Assembly (NCBI GenBank): GCA_018882585.1
Contig: VFFB01000003.1
Span: 10,359 to 74,358, forward strand
Direction: 5' to 3'
Length of the DNA: 64,000 bases
DNA from: Candidatus Kapaibacterium sp.
GTDB lineage: Bacteria > Bacteroidota > Ignavibacteria > Kapaibacteriales > Kapaibacteriaceae
Under the pieces are notes generated by a model. It worked only from the letters and a program-made list of their open reading frames with translations, ran no database searches and was not told the origin of the DNA. A program made the position numbers and the translations under genes. How positions within the stretch are numbered: position 1 is the stretch's first letter; every line of letters starts with the position of its first letter. Below are positions 29,870 through 39,823 of this stretch, piece after piece.

Positions 29870-32800
29870 ATGGGACGCATTCTGGCTGTAGCCATAGCAC
29901 TGCTGATGGGATCAGTAGTATCGGCACAGCAACTGGTCGATTTATTTGATGTCAGCAACCGTCAAGGTCGGGACTTTGCAGGGGCGGTCGTTCGCCTTGA
30001 CATACGCAACAGCGTTAATGTCAATCAGCTGCAGGTTAGGCGTTGCGATACTGACATTCAGTTGCCGTTTTACGCAGAGCCGTGGACCGTTGGCACGGAC
30101 AGCCTTGTGCTTTGGGTTCGAGTTGACACGCTAAAGCGATCATCAACGATCACGCTCAAGGTGTTGCGCGATCCCGCACAGTTGGTGTCCCGGTCGAGTG
30201 GACCGAACACGTTCGGTGTGTTTCAAGAGCGCATCACGCCAACGAATGCGACGTCAGCAGCGGGGCCGTTCACAACGTGGTCAGGAACTCCGCCTCCATT
30301 CGGAAGTGGTATGATAATCGAGGCTAGTATGCGGGCCACGCGTGCCGGTGGTGGTCTGTTTGCCTTCTTCGGCCAAGATGATACGTGCGGCAATGGCTAT
30401 GTCGTACAACACGATGCTCGTGCAACGTCGAGTGATCCCGACTTGTACAGGCTGACGAACGGAACACCAACCAACCTTGGTGCCGACCAGAATACGTGGA
30501 ACGTCAACGACACCGTGCGGTACACGATTCGTGTCAAATCCGACTCTGTGACAGTTGCTCGATACAGCGTAGGCAACAAGTCAAATCAACACAGCTTGCG
30601 GGCGAAGCGGACCGAGGCTGGAAATCCCTGGGTGACGTTCGGCGTAGCGAATCTTCCTGCGTCCGCCGGCTCATTTGCTGTTGACTGGGTGCGAGCGCGA
30701 CCACTGATCGAACCTGAGCCTGTCGTAACACGAAAGCCCATTGATATCGTGCGGAGTCCGGGCAGTGCAGTGGTGTGCGGCGACATCCCTGTGATCCTGA
30801 CCGCGCCTGGCGGGTGGACTTCATACCAGTGGTCCGACGGGTCGGCAAACCGCAACACGACGGCTCGTCAGGGCGGACTGTACACTGTTACCGTACGAGA
30901 TAACAATGGCTGCGCCATCACGCTTCCGGGTATTCAGGTTCAGTACGAGGATCGCCCGGTTGTAGGAAACGATACAGCCTTCAATCTTTGCCTTGGCCGC
31001 CGTGAGATCTTGCGGGTCAGGCCGGGAATGGCGTCGTATAGATGGTACATCAGCACCGGTCAGAAACAGACCAAACTTGCAAGTGTACTAGATACCGTCA
31101 GCATCGACTCGGCTGATTTCTACACCTGTATTGCTGCAACGCAGCTGGGCTGTACCGACACGGTACTGTTTCGCGTCAATCGAGTGTTCGATAACACAGC
31201 AAAGATCAACGGTGCCAATCAGGAGATATCGATTTGTGACGGCGACTCGGTGGTTTTAGAGGCACAGCCACCGCTAAGTTCATACAGGTGGTTCAGAGAT
31301 TCTGTACAACTTCCCCAGACCACTCAAAAAATCGTCGTACGTGATTCCGGAACCTATAATGTTCGGGTACGTGTCGGCGGAGATTCGAACGCCTGCATCT
31401 CCATTGCGCGCGTTCGCGTGGTGTTTGCAAAGCCAATTCCTTTGGAAATCGACACCGCCGTTCGCATTTGTGAAGGGGATTCGGCAGTGTTCATCATCCC
31501 TAACGGATTTACACGAGTCGAATGGAGTAATGGCGCGAGATCAAATCGACTCGTTGTGCGTGAGAATACGAAACTCCAACTCGTTGCCTCGATCGAGGGA
31601 GCATGTGCAGTACGCCGCCGCATTACTGTCGACGTGTTACCAGCGCCAAAGATCAGCGTGCGAAGCGTTGATGGACGCAAGTCGATTTGCCGTGGCGAAA
31701 CACTCGACATGGAGTTTATCAACGACGCGCCGTCGTACACCTGGACAAGAAACGACACGGTAGTTGGCTCATCGAAGCGCATTACCGTGAATGTTCCGGG
31801 AACATATGTCGGCTTGGTCGTCTACCCTAACGGCTGTGTCAAATCAGACACGATCACCATCGACGATGGACTTGCCGCGCCAGAAGTGATTGCCATTGAC
31901 GGACAGGCGATCTGTGCCGGCGACTCGACGCGTTTGACGACGGCCGGTAAGTTTCAGACCTACCTATGGTCGACCGGTGAAACCACTGATACCATCTGGG
32001 TGGATCAGCCGGGAACGTACTCGGTACGAGTCACACTCTTTGAGTGTTCGGCGAATTCGTCGATTCTTATCGAGCCGGCCGACCCTCGTGGGCCGGCGAT
32101 CTCCATTGGTGATACGGTCTCGTTATGTCCGAACGCGCCCAACTTGTTTGTTGAGGTTACGAATGCCCAAAACGTCCCTCGAAAGTACCGCCTTGAGCCT
32201 CTCAGCAGCGAGTTCGTTGTACCCGAGCCGGACGTGACGATCCCAGCAAGTACAACGGCTAGAATCGCCGTCACCCTAGCAAGTGCAGGCCCGGCACGGA
32301 TGTTGAATTGTCCAATCATCGTCAAGGATGACTGCCGTTGGATCGACACGATAAATGCCGTCGTTGACTACGGGCCCAAGGATGTGGCTGTTGCAATGTC
32401 GATGTCATCGGGCAATGCTCAACTGCGATCCGGCGATAACGCGTCATTCTTGCTTGTCGGAACCGACGCGTCTGGTCTCAGGAGGTTCCGGTGGAATGAT
32501 ACCGTGTGGCTGACGGTTCGGGTGGACCCCGATCTGCTACAGATCCGATCAGCACAAGCCACCTGCTACGTGAGCAACATTGTTGTGAACGACGCCGCGG
32601 GCTTGGTAACCTACGTGCTTTCCGACTGTGCCGATGGCACGGTCGAGCCTTTCCTGCAGCAGGATCTTACGGTACTTACGGGCACGACGCTCACCACGGC
32701 GATCTCAATAGACTCCGTACGCGGATCTAATCCGTGCTTCGCGCTACCCACGCCCTCCAATCTGCTGGACGTGCCCATCGCACCATACGGGTGTGAACTC

Positions 32801-33067
32801 TCCACCATCCAGCGTCCTCTCTCTCCCGTCATCAATGTTCGCGGAGGGGGCGGCGACCTTGTCTTGGTCGATGTCGGAACGTCGGATGTTGATGTCAACG
32901 TACTTGCCGTTGACATGCTTGGTCGAGTTCTATCCTCGCACCTCATAAGTCGGTCAGAGGCCAACCGTACCGTGCAGATCGTGATCGCCGATGGTTCATG
33001 GACCTACATTCATGCTGTTAGCGTGCATGGATCCATGACGGTACCGGTAGCCGGGGGCAGCCAATGA
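29870..33067 (+). CDS. Large surface adhesin-like protein with tandem Ig-like (SprB/CHU-type) repeats and T9SS CTD
   Basis: Signal peptide MGRILAVAIALLMGSVVSAQQ. There are at least 8 repeats of roughly 85 aa with conserved C-x-GD(S/T)-x-L ... Y-x-W ... G-x-Y-x-V ... GC cysteines (e.g. ICEGDSAVF...RVEWSNG, ICDGDSVVL...YRWFRDS). The C-terminus is CTD-like (LAVDMLGRVL...GSWTYIHAVSV). Confidence 0.7.
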   Translation: MGRILAVAIALLMGSVVSAQQLVDLFDVSNRQGRDFAGAVVRLDIRNSVNVNQLQVRRCDTDIQLPFYAEPWTVGTDSLVLWVRVDTLKRSSTITLKVLRDPAQLVSRSSGPNTFGVFQERITPTNATSAAGPFTTWSGTPPPFGSGMIIEASMRATRAGGGLFAFFGQDDTCGNGYVVQHDARATSSDPDLYRLTNGTPTNLGADQNTWNVNDTVRYTIRVKSDSVTVARYSVGNKSNQHSLRAKRTEAGNPWVTFGVANLPASAGSFAVDWVRARPLIEPEPVVTRKPIDIVRSPGSAVVCGDIPVILTAPGGWTSYQWSDGSANRNTTARQGGLYTVTVRDNNGCAITLPGIQVQYEDRPVVGNDTAFNLCLGRREILRVRPGMASYRWYISTGQKQTKLASVLDTVSIDSADFYTCIAATQLGCTDTVLFRVNRVFDNTAKINGANQEISICDGDSVVLEAQPPLSSYRWFRDSVQLPQTTQKIVVRDSGTYNVRVRVGGDSNACISIARVRVVFAKPIPLEIDTAVRICEGDSAVFIIPNGFTRVEWSNGARSNRLVVRENTKLQLVASIEGACAVRRRITVDVLPAPKISVRSVDGRKSICRGETLDMEFINDAPSYTWTRNDTVVGSSKRITVNVPGTYVGLVVYPNGCVKSDTITIDDGLAAPEVIAIDGQAICAGDSTRLTTAGKFQTYLWSTGETTDTIWVDQPGTYSVRVTLFECSANSSILIEPADPRGPAISIGDTVSLCPNAPNLFVEVTNAQNVPRKYRLEPLSSEFVVPEPDVTIPASTTARIAVTLASAGPARMLNCPIIVKDDCRWIDTINAVVDYGPKDVAVAMSMSSGNAQLRSGDNASFLLVGTDASGLRRFRWNDTVWLTVRVDPDLLQIRSAQATCYVSNIVVNDAAGLVTYVLSDCADGTVEPFLQQDLTVLTGTTLTTAISIDSVRGSNPCFALPTPSNLLDVPIAPYGCELSTIQRPLSPVINVRGGGGDLVLVDVGTSDVDVNVLAVDMLGRVLSSHLISRSEANRTVQIVIADGSWTYIHAVSVHGSMTVPVAGGSQ

Positions 33068-35298
33068 GATTTCGTATCACGATCTTCATGCTGTTTCTGT
33101 CTGCATGCGGTTCCCTTGTGGCCCAGACGACCGTTCTGCGTGGCGGCAAGGTTTTTGTGTTTGACACAACGAAACAATCGATCCTCATCGATGCAAGGGG
33201 TGGTCTTGGCCTGCATCTTGCGTCTGACCTTCGGTGTCTGGACGACGGCAACTGCAAGCCGTTTCAAGGTGGCCTAGGTACGTCATTCGGTTTGAGCCTG
33301 GGCTTTGAGCAGGAGATAGACACAACCTATTGGTGGTTAGGAATGGTTGGTCTTGACTTGTGGTCAGGCTCACAAACCGTTACCGACGAGTCGGCCCGTG
33401 TGCGCGATGCAAACAACAATGTTGTTCCTCTCGTCCGGGATCTGACCCTTGAAAGCAAAGGCATGTCGATTGATGTTGCCGGCGGTGTTCAGATGCGAAT
33501 GGAGTACTGGCGTTTCTGGGCCATGCCCTTCGTCTCCATTGCCGCAGAATCACCAACGTGGTCCCAAACGGCAACCATACGCTCTCCGGCCGGTATCACG
33601 TATCCAAACGGAAGCACCGTAGACATCACCGTTCCCGAGGCTCCGATTCCTGATGCTGCCGTCGTTCGTGTCGGACTGCGCGCAGGTGTTGGTCGGGACG
33701 TATCGTTGGAGCCTCTTGGCGTTATCACGCCAGCCTTCAACATCGCATACTCTCCGATGTCGATCCGTGCAGGAACAACCTGGTCTGATCTTCGAGCAAC
33801 CCTTGGAGCGACGCTTCGGATTAACGTCGATGATTTGCCAGACACGGTGGATGAACGACGTGAAGTCTTTAAGATCGACACTATCATGGTACGTCGAACC
33901 GGTCCCACCGACGATGACTACGTTGTGCAAGGTGCAAAACGATTTGTGCTCGATACGACTCGTGAAGGATATTTCCGTACGACCACCGAAACCATGTTTC
34001 GAACGGATACGCTTGTTCGCGAGATCCGTTCTACCGAGATCGTATCGACAATGGGTCGAGGGAACAAAGAAGACAAGATGGTTTGGCGGCGTGTAAGCGG
34101 AAAAGCGAAGCTAGAAGGACCCGTTGTCATCGACACCCTGAACGTCGAGAAACTAGATACATCGAGTCCACTCAGCAAGCTGCGTTTTGACATCAACGTC
34201 AACCGATCTGAGTCGATCTACATGGTGCTGCCCACCATCTTCTTTGACTCGTTATCAGCAACGATTCCGTCACGATATCGTCAGCTTCGCACCAGTGACA
34301 TCAGTTTGTACCGCGAGACCGACGAGGCTACTGCTCAAGACGCAGTGTATCACGACGTACTTAACGTGATCGGTAGCCGCGTCAAGAGCACGAATGCACC
34401 GATTACGATCCGAGGCTACATTGACGCCGTTTCCGACAGTGCAGATTGCGAGCTGTCACTTCGTCGGGCCATTAGCGTTCGCTCGTATCTGGTTTATGTA
34501 TGGGGCATCGATTCCAACCTTGTATCTGTCGAATGGAATCCAACGGATTGTCAGCCGGAGGTCGTCAGTACAAGTCAGTCCCCGAAAGCTCAGGAAGAGC
34601 GTCGCCGGGTAACGATCAGCTCGACGTCGCCCTCGCTCTACCTTCCGATTCTTCGTATGGATCAATCTACCTCGCTCGTTCCCGCCATCAACCAAGTGAA
34701 GCTCGATGGTTTATCACTTACCGACGTAGCCATCAAGCAATGGGCATATAAGTTTGAACGCGAAAACCAGATTCTTTGGAGTCGTGAAGGAACAGGAATA
34801 TTCTCCGACCTTGATCTCTCTCCCGCCGTCGAGGCCACGAGGATCTATCGAAATCGAGATGCACCGGTTGTCGTGACATTGACGTTGATCACTGAACAAC
34901 AGGACACCCTGATCACGGCTATTCAGATGCCGACTGTTCTGAATCAGAATCGGCAGAAGATCAAGCGTCTATCGCTCGCTACGTTTGATATTCGTAGTTC
35001 ATCCATCAGTGACCGTGACCAAGGACTGTTGAAGAACTTCATGGATCGACTTGATAAAGGCGACAAGGTTGAGATCATCGGATATTCCGATGACCTTGGT
35101 GAGCGCGATGCCAACCTCAGGCTTTCACAACGCCGTGCCGAGACGGTCGCCGACATTGCTCGTAAGCTTCGTACAGACGTGTCTGTTACATCGGTGGTCG
35201 GCAAAGGCAGTTCTGAGTTGCCTGTTGGAGTAACGGACTATAATCGTCCCGAGAATCGCTTTCTGAGTCGAATCGTACAGCTCCGCATTCTTGACTAA
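33064..35298 (+). CDS. Outer-membrane protein with two OmpA-like domains
   Basis: Overlaps the upstream gene by 4 nt. Lipobox-like signal (LFLSACGSL). Two OmpA_C-like segments are present (TIFFDSLSATIP...IRGYIDAVSD...LSLRRAISVRSYL and ATFDIRSSSISDRD...IIGYSDDLGERDANLRLSQRRAETV). Confidence 0.6.
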   Translation: MRFRITIFMLFLSACGSLVAQTTVLRGGKVFVFDTTKQSILIDARGGLGLHLASDLRCLDDGNCKPFQGGLGTSFGLSLGFEQEIDTTYWWLGMVGLDLWSGSQTVTDESARVRDANNNVVPLVRDLTLESKGMSIDVAGGVQMRMEYWRFWAMPFVSIAAESPTWSQTATIRSPAGITYPNGSTVDITVPEAPIPDAAVVRVGLRAGVGRDVSLEPLGVITPAFNIAYSPMSIRAGTTWSDLRATLGATLRINVDDLPDTVDERREVFKIDTIMVRRTGPTDDDYVVQGAKRFVLDTTREGYFRTTTETMFRTDTLVREIRSTEIVSTMGRGNKEDKMVWRRVSGKAKLEGPVVIDTLNVEKLDTSSPLSKLRFDINVNRSESIYMVLPTIFFDSLSATIPSRYRQLRTSDISLYRETDEATAQDAVYHDVLNVIGSRVKSTNAPITIRGYIDAVSDSADCELSLRRAISVRSYLVYVWGIDSNLVSVEWNPTDCQPEVVSTSQSPKAQEERRRVTISSTSPSLYLPILRMDQSTSLVPAINQVKLDGLSLTDVAIKQWAYKFERENQILWSREGTGIFSDLDLSPAVEATRIYRNRDAPVVVTLTLITEQQDTLITAIQMPTVLNQNRQKIKRLSLATFDIRSSSISDRDQGLLKNFMDRLDKGDKVEIIGYSDDLGERDANLRLSQRRAETVADIARKLRTDVSVTSVVGKGSSELPVGVTDYNRPENRFLSRIVQLRILD

Positions 35299-35403
35299 TG
35301 TGCTGCCTGTGAGTGGTCTACGGCGTGCAAGCTCTGGATTGCCAGTACTGATTGCGGCGTAGGGTCGACAAAGACATACGTTGTAACACCCTGCGCCGAT
35401 GCT

Positions 35404-37875
35404 TCAGTCTGACGTGGCCGTCGCACGCGCAGAACGGATCGCAGCAGCCGTACGTCGAACCTCGCTTGTGGATGCTGATACGGAAAGAAGGTTCGCCGCA
35501 CCTGCTTCACGTACGATATGGACGTCGCCGGGCATAACCATGCCGGAGAGAACCAAGATGGCCAGCTTATGATCCGTCGTGGTGAACATCGTTCGAAGTT
35601 GACGAATGAGTTCAAGAGCCGTTTCGTCGACTCGATGGATATTGACAACCACTAGGTGTGGATCATCGTCTGGTCGAAGGTTGAGTGCCTCTTCAAAGGA
35701 AGCATACGACCGAACTCCGTGTCCATCTTGCTGCAGCGCCGCCTCCAGGCGCGATCGACGAAGCGTATTGCCGTCGATAAGAATAATTTCAACGGGACGA
35801 CTCGCAACCTCGGTGGCACCATCGTCGTCATCGATGGATGGTACGGGGCGAGAGTTCCTTGGTTCGGGTATCGGCAAACTGATTGTGAATGTTGTGCCAA
35901 CACCAGGGGTGCTATCCACCTCGATCACACCACCGTGCATATCAACAAGATGCTGTGCGATCGACAATCCCAACCCTGTAGACGTGTTTGGATCACGCGG
36001 TGCTGCTGCTTGTTGACCAAACGCGTCAAACATCTCGGGTAATGCCTTTGCCTCGACACCAATTCCAGTATCTCGCACGCGCACGTCGACGCAACTGCCA
36101 TCTGGTGGATAGCAGACGTCAACGCTGATCTCACCCCAGGTTGGGGTGAACCGGATTGCATTTCCTACGATATTCAGGACGATCTGCTTCAAACGCCTCG
36201 GGTCCGCTTGTACCATGGTACCAGACGGGACTGACGACGCGAAGTGCAGCACCTGGTGCTTCGTTTCAGCAAGCGGCCGCAATACCTCGAGCGAATCAGC
36301 AAGTACCGACACGACGTCGCATTGCTGTAACTGAATCGTCAGTTCGTGCTGACGCGCCTTTGTTACATCCAACAGGTCGTCAATCAGTGATGACATGTAC
36401 ATTCCATCATCGTGGATCGCACCAAGATGATTCGTTTGTTCACTCGACAATGGACCATACACACCGGCGGACATGGTTTCGGTGATACTCAACATTGCCG
36501 CCAGTGGCTGTCGAAGGTCATGCGAGATACTTGCCAACGCATTGTTCAGCGCCAGGCCTGAGTGAGTATCTAACTTTGATGTCGGACCCGGCGTCAAACG
36601 AGGATGGGTTGATGTCGCACCATCTTTTCGCCGAGCTACATCAAGCATAGCTGCCATTGTAGCCGATAGGGCCTGCAGACCGATAGTTGCCGGTTCTGGA
36701 GTGTCGTCTTCCTGATACGAGATCAGGATCATTACGCCGACGCATCCCATTGTTCCGAACAAGGGTGTCGACTGAAATGTGCACGCGGTAGATGTGTCAG
36801 ACATCAAACGATGTACGACAAGCGACGTCTCGGCATCGACGTTGTTGACGATACGTTTGTTCGAGTCTTTCTGCAGAAACGATATCGGAAGGTCATACCA
36901 TGCCTCAACGGCGACACTCGTTGCCTGATTATCACACCGTAGACTTCTGACGAGTTCACGATACGTGCATGTGCCTAGGTCTGACGATGTACATTCAAGC
37001 AGTATTCCAACGTCTGCTGCGGTATGTTGCACCGCAGCTCGAAGCAGTCGGCCGACCGATGGTACAATCTCACCTGTTGAAATAAAGGTTGCTTGTGCAT
37101 CTGCGATAAGCTCAAGCAGCCCCTTGGAATCGTCAGTCTGATGCCGGTGTGTTGTAGTTTCATGCCGTACTGCCGTGCCCGCCATTACAGCGGTCTGGCC
37201 GCCATCTTTCCACGCAACAAAGCGACCTTTCACGTCAAAAAGAAGGTAGTGCCCATCATCGTGGCGGAGTCGAACAACCGACTCAAAATACTGTTCTTCG
37301 TTGCGAAGCATTCGCTCGTATGCTGCTTCAGCCGATCGCAGGTCTTCTGTGTCGATACGCTCTACGAATTGCTCCATAGGCAATTCATAGCGGTCGCCGG
37401 GAACTCCAAACTCTTGCAAGAGATCTCCCTCGATATGCAGTCGATCGGTAGTAAGATCCCATCGCCATAGCGCATCGACCGACCCAAGCAGAAGATCCTT
37501 CATGCAAGTCCATTCCTCTGCGTTGGCAAACACAAAACTGTGTGGCCACACATCCGCTGCACGCGATACGGTCATCAGATACTCATGTTCACCAATTCGG
37601 GAGATCGAACAATTCAGCTGTGCCTGACTGGTACCACCTGCTGTTCTGATTCTTCCCGTCCAGTGCGCGCCGCTTGTTGTTAGTTCTTGTAGTACATCAA
37701 CAATTCGTTGTTGGCCAGTAGACGTCGCGATTGATAACCAGGAAGCAGCGGATACGTCCGCGTTATCAAGGCGGTTCAGCTCCTTGAACGCTTCATTCAT
37801 GTACCGGATGTGACCATCGGTAAGATGGGCAATACCTATGGGCACGTTATGTACGTTGTAATCCATGGTGCACAA
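35404..37875 (-). CDS. Hybrid sensor histidine kinase (PAS domains, HisKA, HATPase_c, C-terminal receiver)
   Basis: H-box ISHDLRQPLAAM. G-box GLGLSIAQHLVDMHGGVIEVDSTPGVGTTF. The C-terminal REC carries acidic and K motifs. N-terminal PAS-like repeats are present. Confidence 0.85.
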   Translation of the reverse strand: MCTMDYNVHNVPIGIAHLTDGHIRYMNEAFKELNRLDNADVSAASWLSIATSTGQQRIVDVLQELTTSGAHWTGRIRTAGGTSQAQLNCSISRIGEHEYLMTVSRAADVWPHSFVFANAEEWTCMKDLLLGSVDALWRWDLTTDRLHIEGDLLQEFGVPGDRYELPMEQFVERIDTEDLRSAEAAYERMLRNEEQYFESVVRLRHDDGHYLLFDVKGRFVAWKDGGQTAVMAGTAVRHETTTHRHQTDDSKGLLELIADAQATFISTGEIVPSVGRLLRAAVQHTAADVGILLECTSSDLGTCTYRELVRSLRCDNQATSVAVEAWYDLPISFLQKDSNKRIVNNVDAETSLVVHRLMSDTSTACTFQSTPLFGTMGCVGVMILISYQEDDTPEPATIGLQALSATMAAMLDVARRKDGATSTHPRLTPGPTSKLDTHSGLALNNALASISHDLRQPLAAMLSITETMSAGVYGPLSSEQTNHLGAIHDDGMYMSSLIDDLLDVTKARQHELTIQLQQCDVVSVLADSLEVLRPLAETKHQVLHFASSVPSGTMVQADPRRLKQIVLNIVGNAIRFTPTWGEISVDVCYPPDGSCVDVRVRDTGIGVEAKALPEMFDAFGQQAAAPRDPNTSTGLGLSIAQHLVDMHGGVIEVDSTPGVGTTFTISLPIPEPRNSRPVPSIDDDDGATEVASRPVEIILIDGNTLRRSRLEAALQQDGHGVRSYASFEEALNLRPDDDPHLVVVNIHRVDETALELIRQLRTMFTTTDHKLAILVLSGMVMPGDVHIVREAGAANLLSVSASTSEVRRTAAAIRSARATATSD

Positions 37876-38120
37876 AGGTATCGAACGTCACATGTTCCCG
37901 AGTGCATGGTGAATTGTCCATTGTTGACCATACTATCCACGAACTTGTCCATGGTGAGGGTATCCTTGTGCGCCCAACATCGCGTCATGAAGTTGCGACG
38001 AATATGCCACGCGTTGTCATGCAAATGTAAATGAAATGCCGTACATTTACGCATCAATGTGGATGTATGATCCGCATGTCGATTGATGTACGACCAGTTA
38101 TTCAATAACATGGGCTGCAC

Positions 38121-38846
38121 ATGAGTCAGGACAATCTCCACCGTCCCACTGAGCGAGACTACACGCTGTTGATCATTGAGGACGATGAACGCATGCGACG
38201 CTCGTATGCCGACTACTTTCGTCATCATGGTCATCGAGTGATCGAGGCCGGTTCGGCTGAGGAAGCTGCAGAGGTGGCCGACATCAGTCACTTTGACCTC
38301 GCAATTGTCGACTGGTCACTTCCCGGGACGGATGGAGTTGCATTCTGTACACGGCTACGCGCTCAACGACCCGACGTTCCGATTGTGTTGCTGACAGGTA
38401 GGGCAGACCTCGATTCGCAGCTTGAGGGATACACCTACGGTGTTGATGATTACTGGACGAAACCGTTCCCATTGAGTCTGGCTTTGGTCAAGGTACAGGC
38501 GCTGCTCCGAAGACATAACCATGAGTCGATCCCAAATGACAGGATCTCTTTCGGAGACGTGGTTGTTGATCTGCACACGCGTACGGTCCAGAGGGATGGC
38601 CAGCACATAGAGCTCAGCGACAAGGAATTCGGCATCCTCAGGGCACTGCTCGCCGAAAAAGGTGCACCGGTCCGCCGTCAAGCCCTACTGGCACGAGTTT
38701 GGGGCTACGAGTCTCTCCCTGTCACACGTACAGTCGACAACTATATCGTCGCACTTCGTCGCAAGATCGAAGATGACCCGGCCCATCCCAAGTACGTTCT
38801 TACGGTCAACGGCATCGGATACCGCCTGCACAGAGATGCTAAGTAG
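38121..38846 (+). CDS. OmpR/PhoB-family response regulator
   Basis: The REC domain is LLIIEDDERMRR...IVDWSLPGTDG...LTGR. The winged-helix effector is VRRQALLARVWGY...VDNYIVALRRKI...GIGYRL. Confidence 0.9.
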   Translation: MSQDNLHRPTERDYTLLIIEDDERMRRSYADYFRHHGHRVIEAGSAEEAAEVADISHFDLAIVDWSLPGTDGVAFCTRLRAQRPDVPIVLLTGRADLDSQLEGYTYGVDDYWTKPFPLSLALVKVQALLRRHNHESIPNDRISFGDVVVDLHTRTVQRDGQHIELSDKEFGILRALLAEKGAPVRRQALLARVWGYESLPVTRTVDNYIVALRRKIEDDPAHPKYVLTVNGIGYRLHRDAK

Positions 38847-38906
38847 AACCCGTTAGGGGCACTTAGAGGCTCTATCAAGGCGCAATAGGGTTATGAGCTG
38901 CGAACA

Positions 38907-39287
38907 TCAGCTCGTGCGTTTTGTCGGTTCAGCGACGTATCGCTCCACGATATCGCGCAGCTGACGCAATTCGGAATGCAGCGCCTCCATGTCTACGCTG
39001 GTCATTGCACGCTGCTGAAACATCGTCCCCTTACCGGTCAATAGCCAATCGGACGAAACGGCATGCTCCTTCGATAGAAAGATCAGCAGGTCCAGTCCCA
39101 AGTTGGTCTGGTCATTGACGACACGTGATATGTAGGCACGCGTAAGTCCGCTGCCTCTTGCGATATCGGCGTTCGTAAGTCCGAGAACATCCCGCACTTC
39201 GCGAAGCCGACCATTTACATCAGTTCGTATCACGCCAATTCGTCGCTTCGTAGGTGCATGTAATGTTTTGTCCGACTCGTAGCGCAC
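38907..39287 (-). CDS. XRE/cI-like helix-turn-helix transcriptional regulator
   Basis: The HTH is LTNADIARGSGLTRAYISRVVN. SDWLLTGKG is characteristic of cI/Cro-type HTH proteins. Confidence 0.6.
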   Translation of the reverse strand: MRYESDKTLHAPTKRRIGVIRTDVNGRLREVRDVLGLTNADIARGSGLTRAYISRVVNDQTNLGLDLLIFLSKEHAVSSDWLLTGKGTMFQQRAMTSVDMEALHSELRQLRDIVERYVAEPTKRTS

Positions 39288-39332
39288 GGCGCGTCAACGG
39301 TTAACTATATTTGACGCATCGATTGGCGATAG

Positions 39333-39728
39333 GTGACCAATGCAGTCAGAAACCTAGGAAGGACGGTCATGGTTGCCAGTTGTGCCAAGTTCGATGTGTT
39401 GCATACGATATACGCATGTCAACGGTTTGTCAACGGTTTGTCAACGAAACTACGCACGCACGTGACGTTACCAAACGAGATAGCTTTTGAGGAGTTGTGT
39501 CGGCTGATCGACTCGACGCCATTCAAGCGCGCACCGTTTCGTGGCATCCTTACAAAGGTGGCCGAGCAGTTCAACTACAAAGGAGGACGTCGCTCCGTGT
39601 ACCAGGCTATCAAAGTGAACCGTAACGTGGCCGTGATGATGGCCGTGGCCGAGCAGATCAACGAGGTGAACGCAAGCATCCGGCAGGCATTAGCATCTCA
39701 TGAATCGCGGCAACAATCAAACGAATGA
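39333..39728 (+). CDS. Hypothetical protein (divergent from HTH regulator)
   Basis: 131 aa with no recognisable motifs. A terminator hairpin follows. It may be paired functionally with the HTH gene. Confidence 0.35.
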   Translation: MTNAVRNLGRTVMVASCAKFDVLHTIYACQRFVNGLSTKLRTHVTLPNEIAFEELCRLIDSTPFKRAPFRGILTKVAEQFNYKGGRRSVYQAIKVNRNVAVMMAVAEQINEVNASIRQALASHESRQQSNE

Positions 39729-39770
39729 CTCTGCTGTCGGCCCCACGACTTCCCCGACGGTGGAACAGAC

Positions 39771-39808
39771 AAAGGGGTGCCTGAATGGCACCCCTTTGTT
39801 GTTTGTTC
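39771..39808. terminator. Strong GC hairpin (bidirectional intrinsic terminator), copy 1
   Basis: AAAGGGGTGCC-TGAAT-GGCACCCCTTTG followed by TTGTTTGTT. It lies between the + gene ending at 39728 and the - gene ending at 39824. Confidence 0.6.
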
Positions 39809-39823
39809 GTATGTGTCGTGCCC

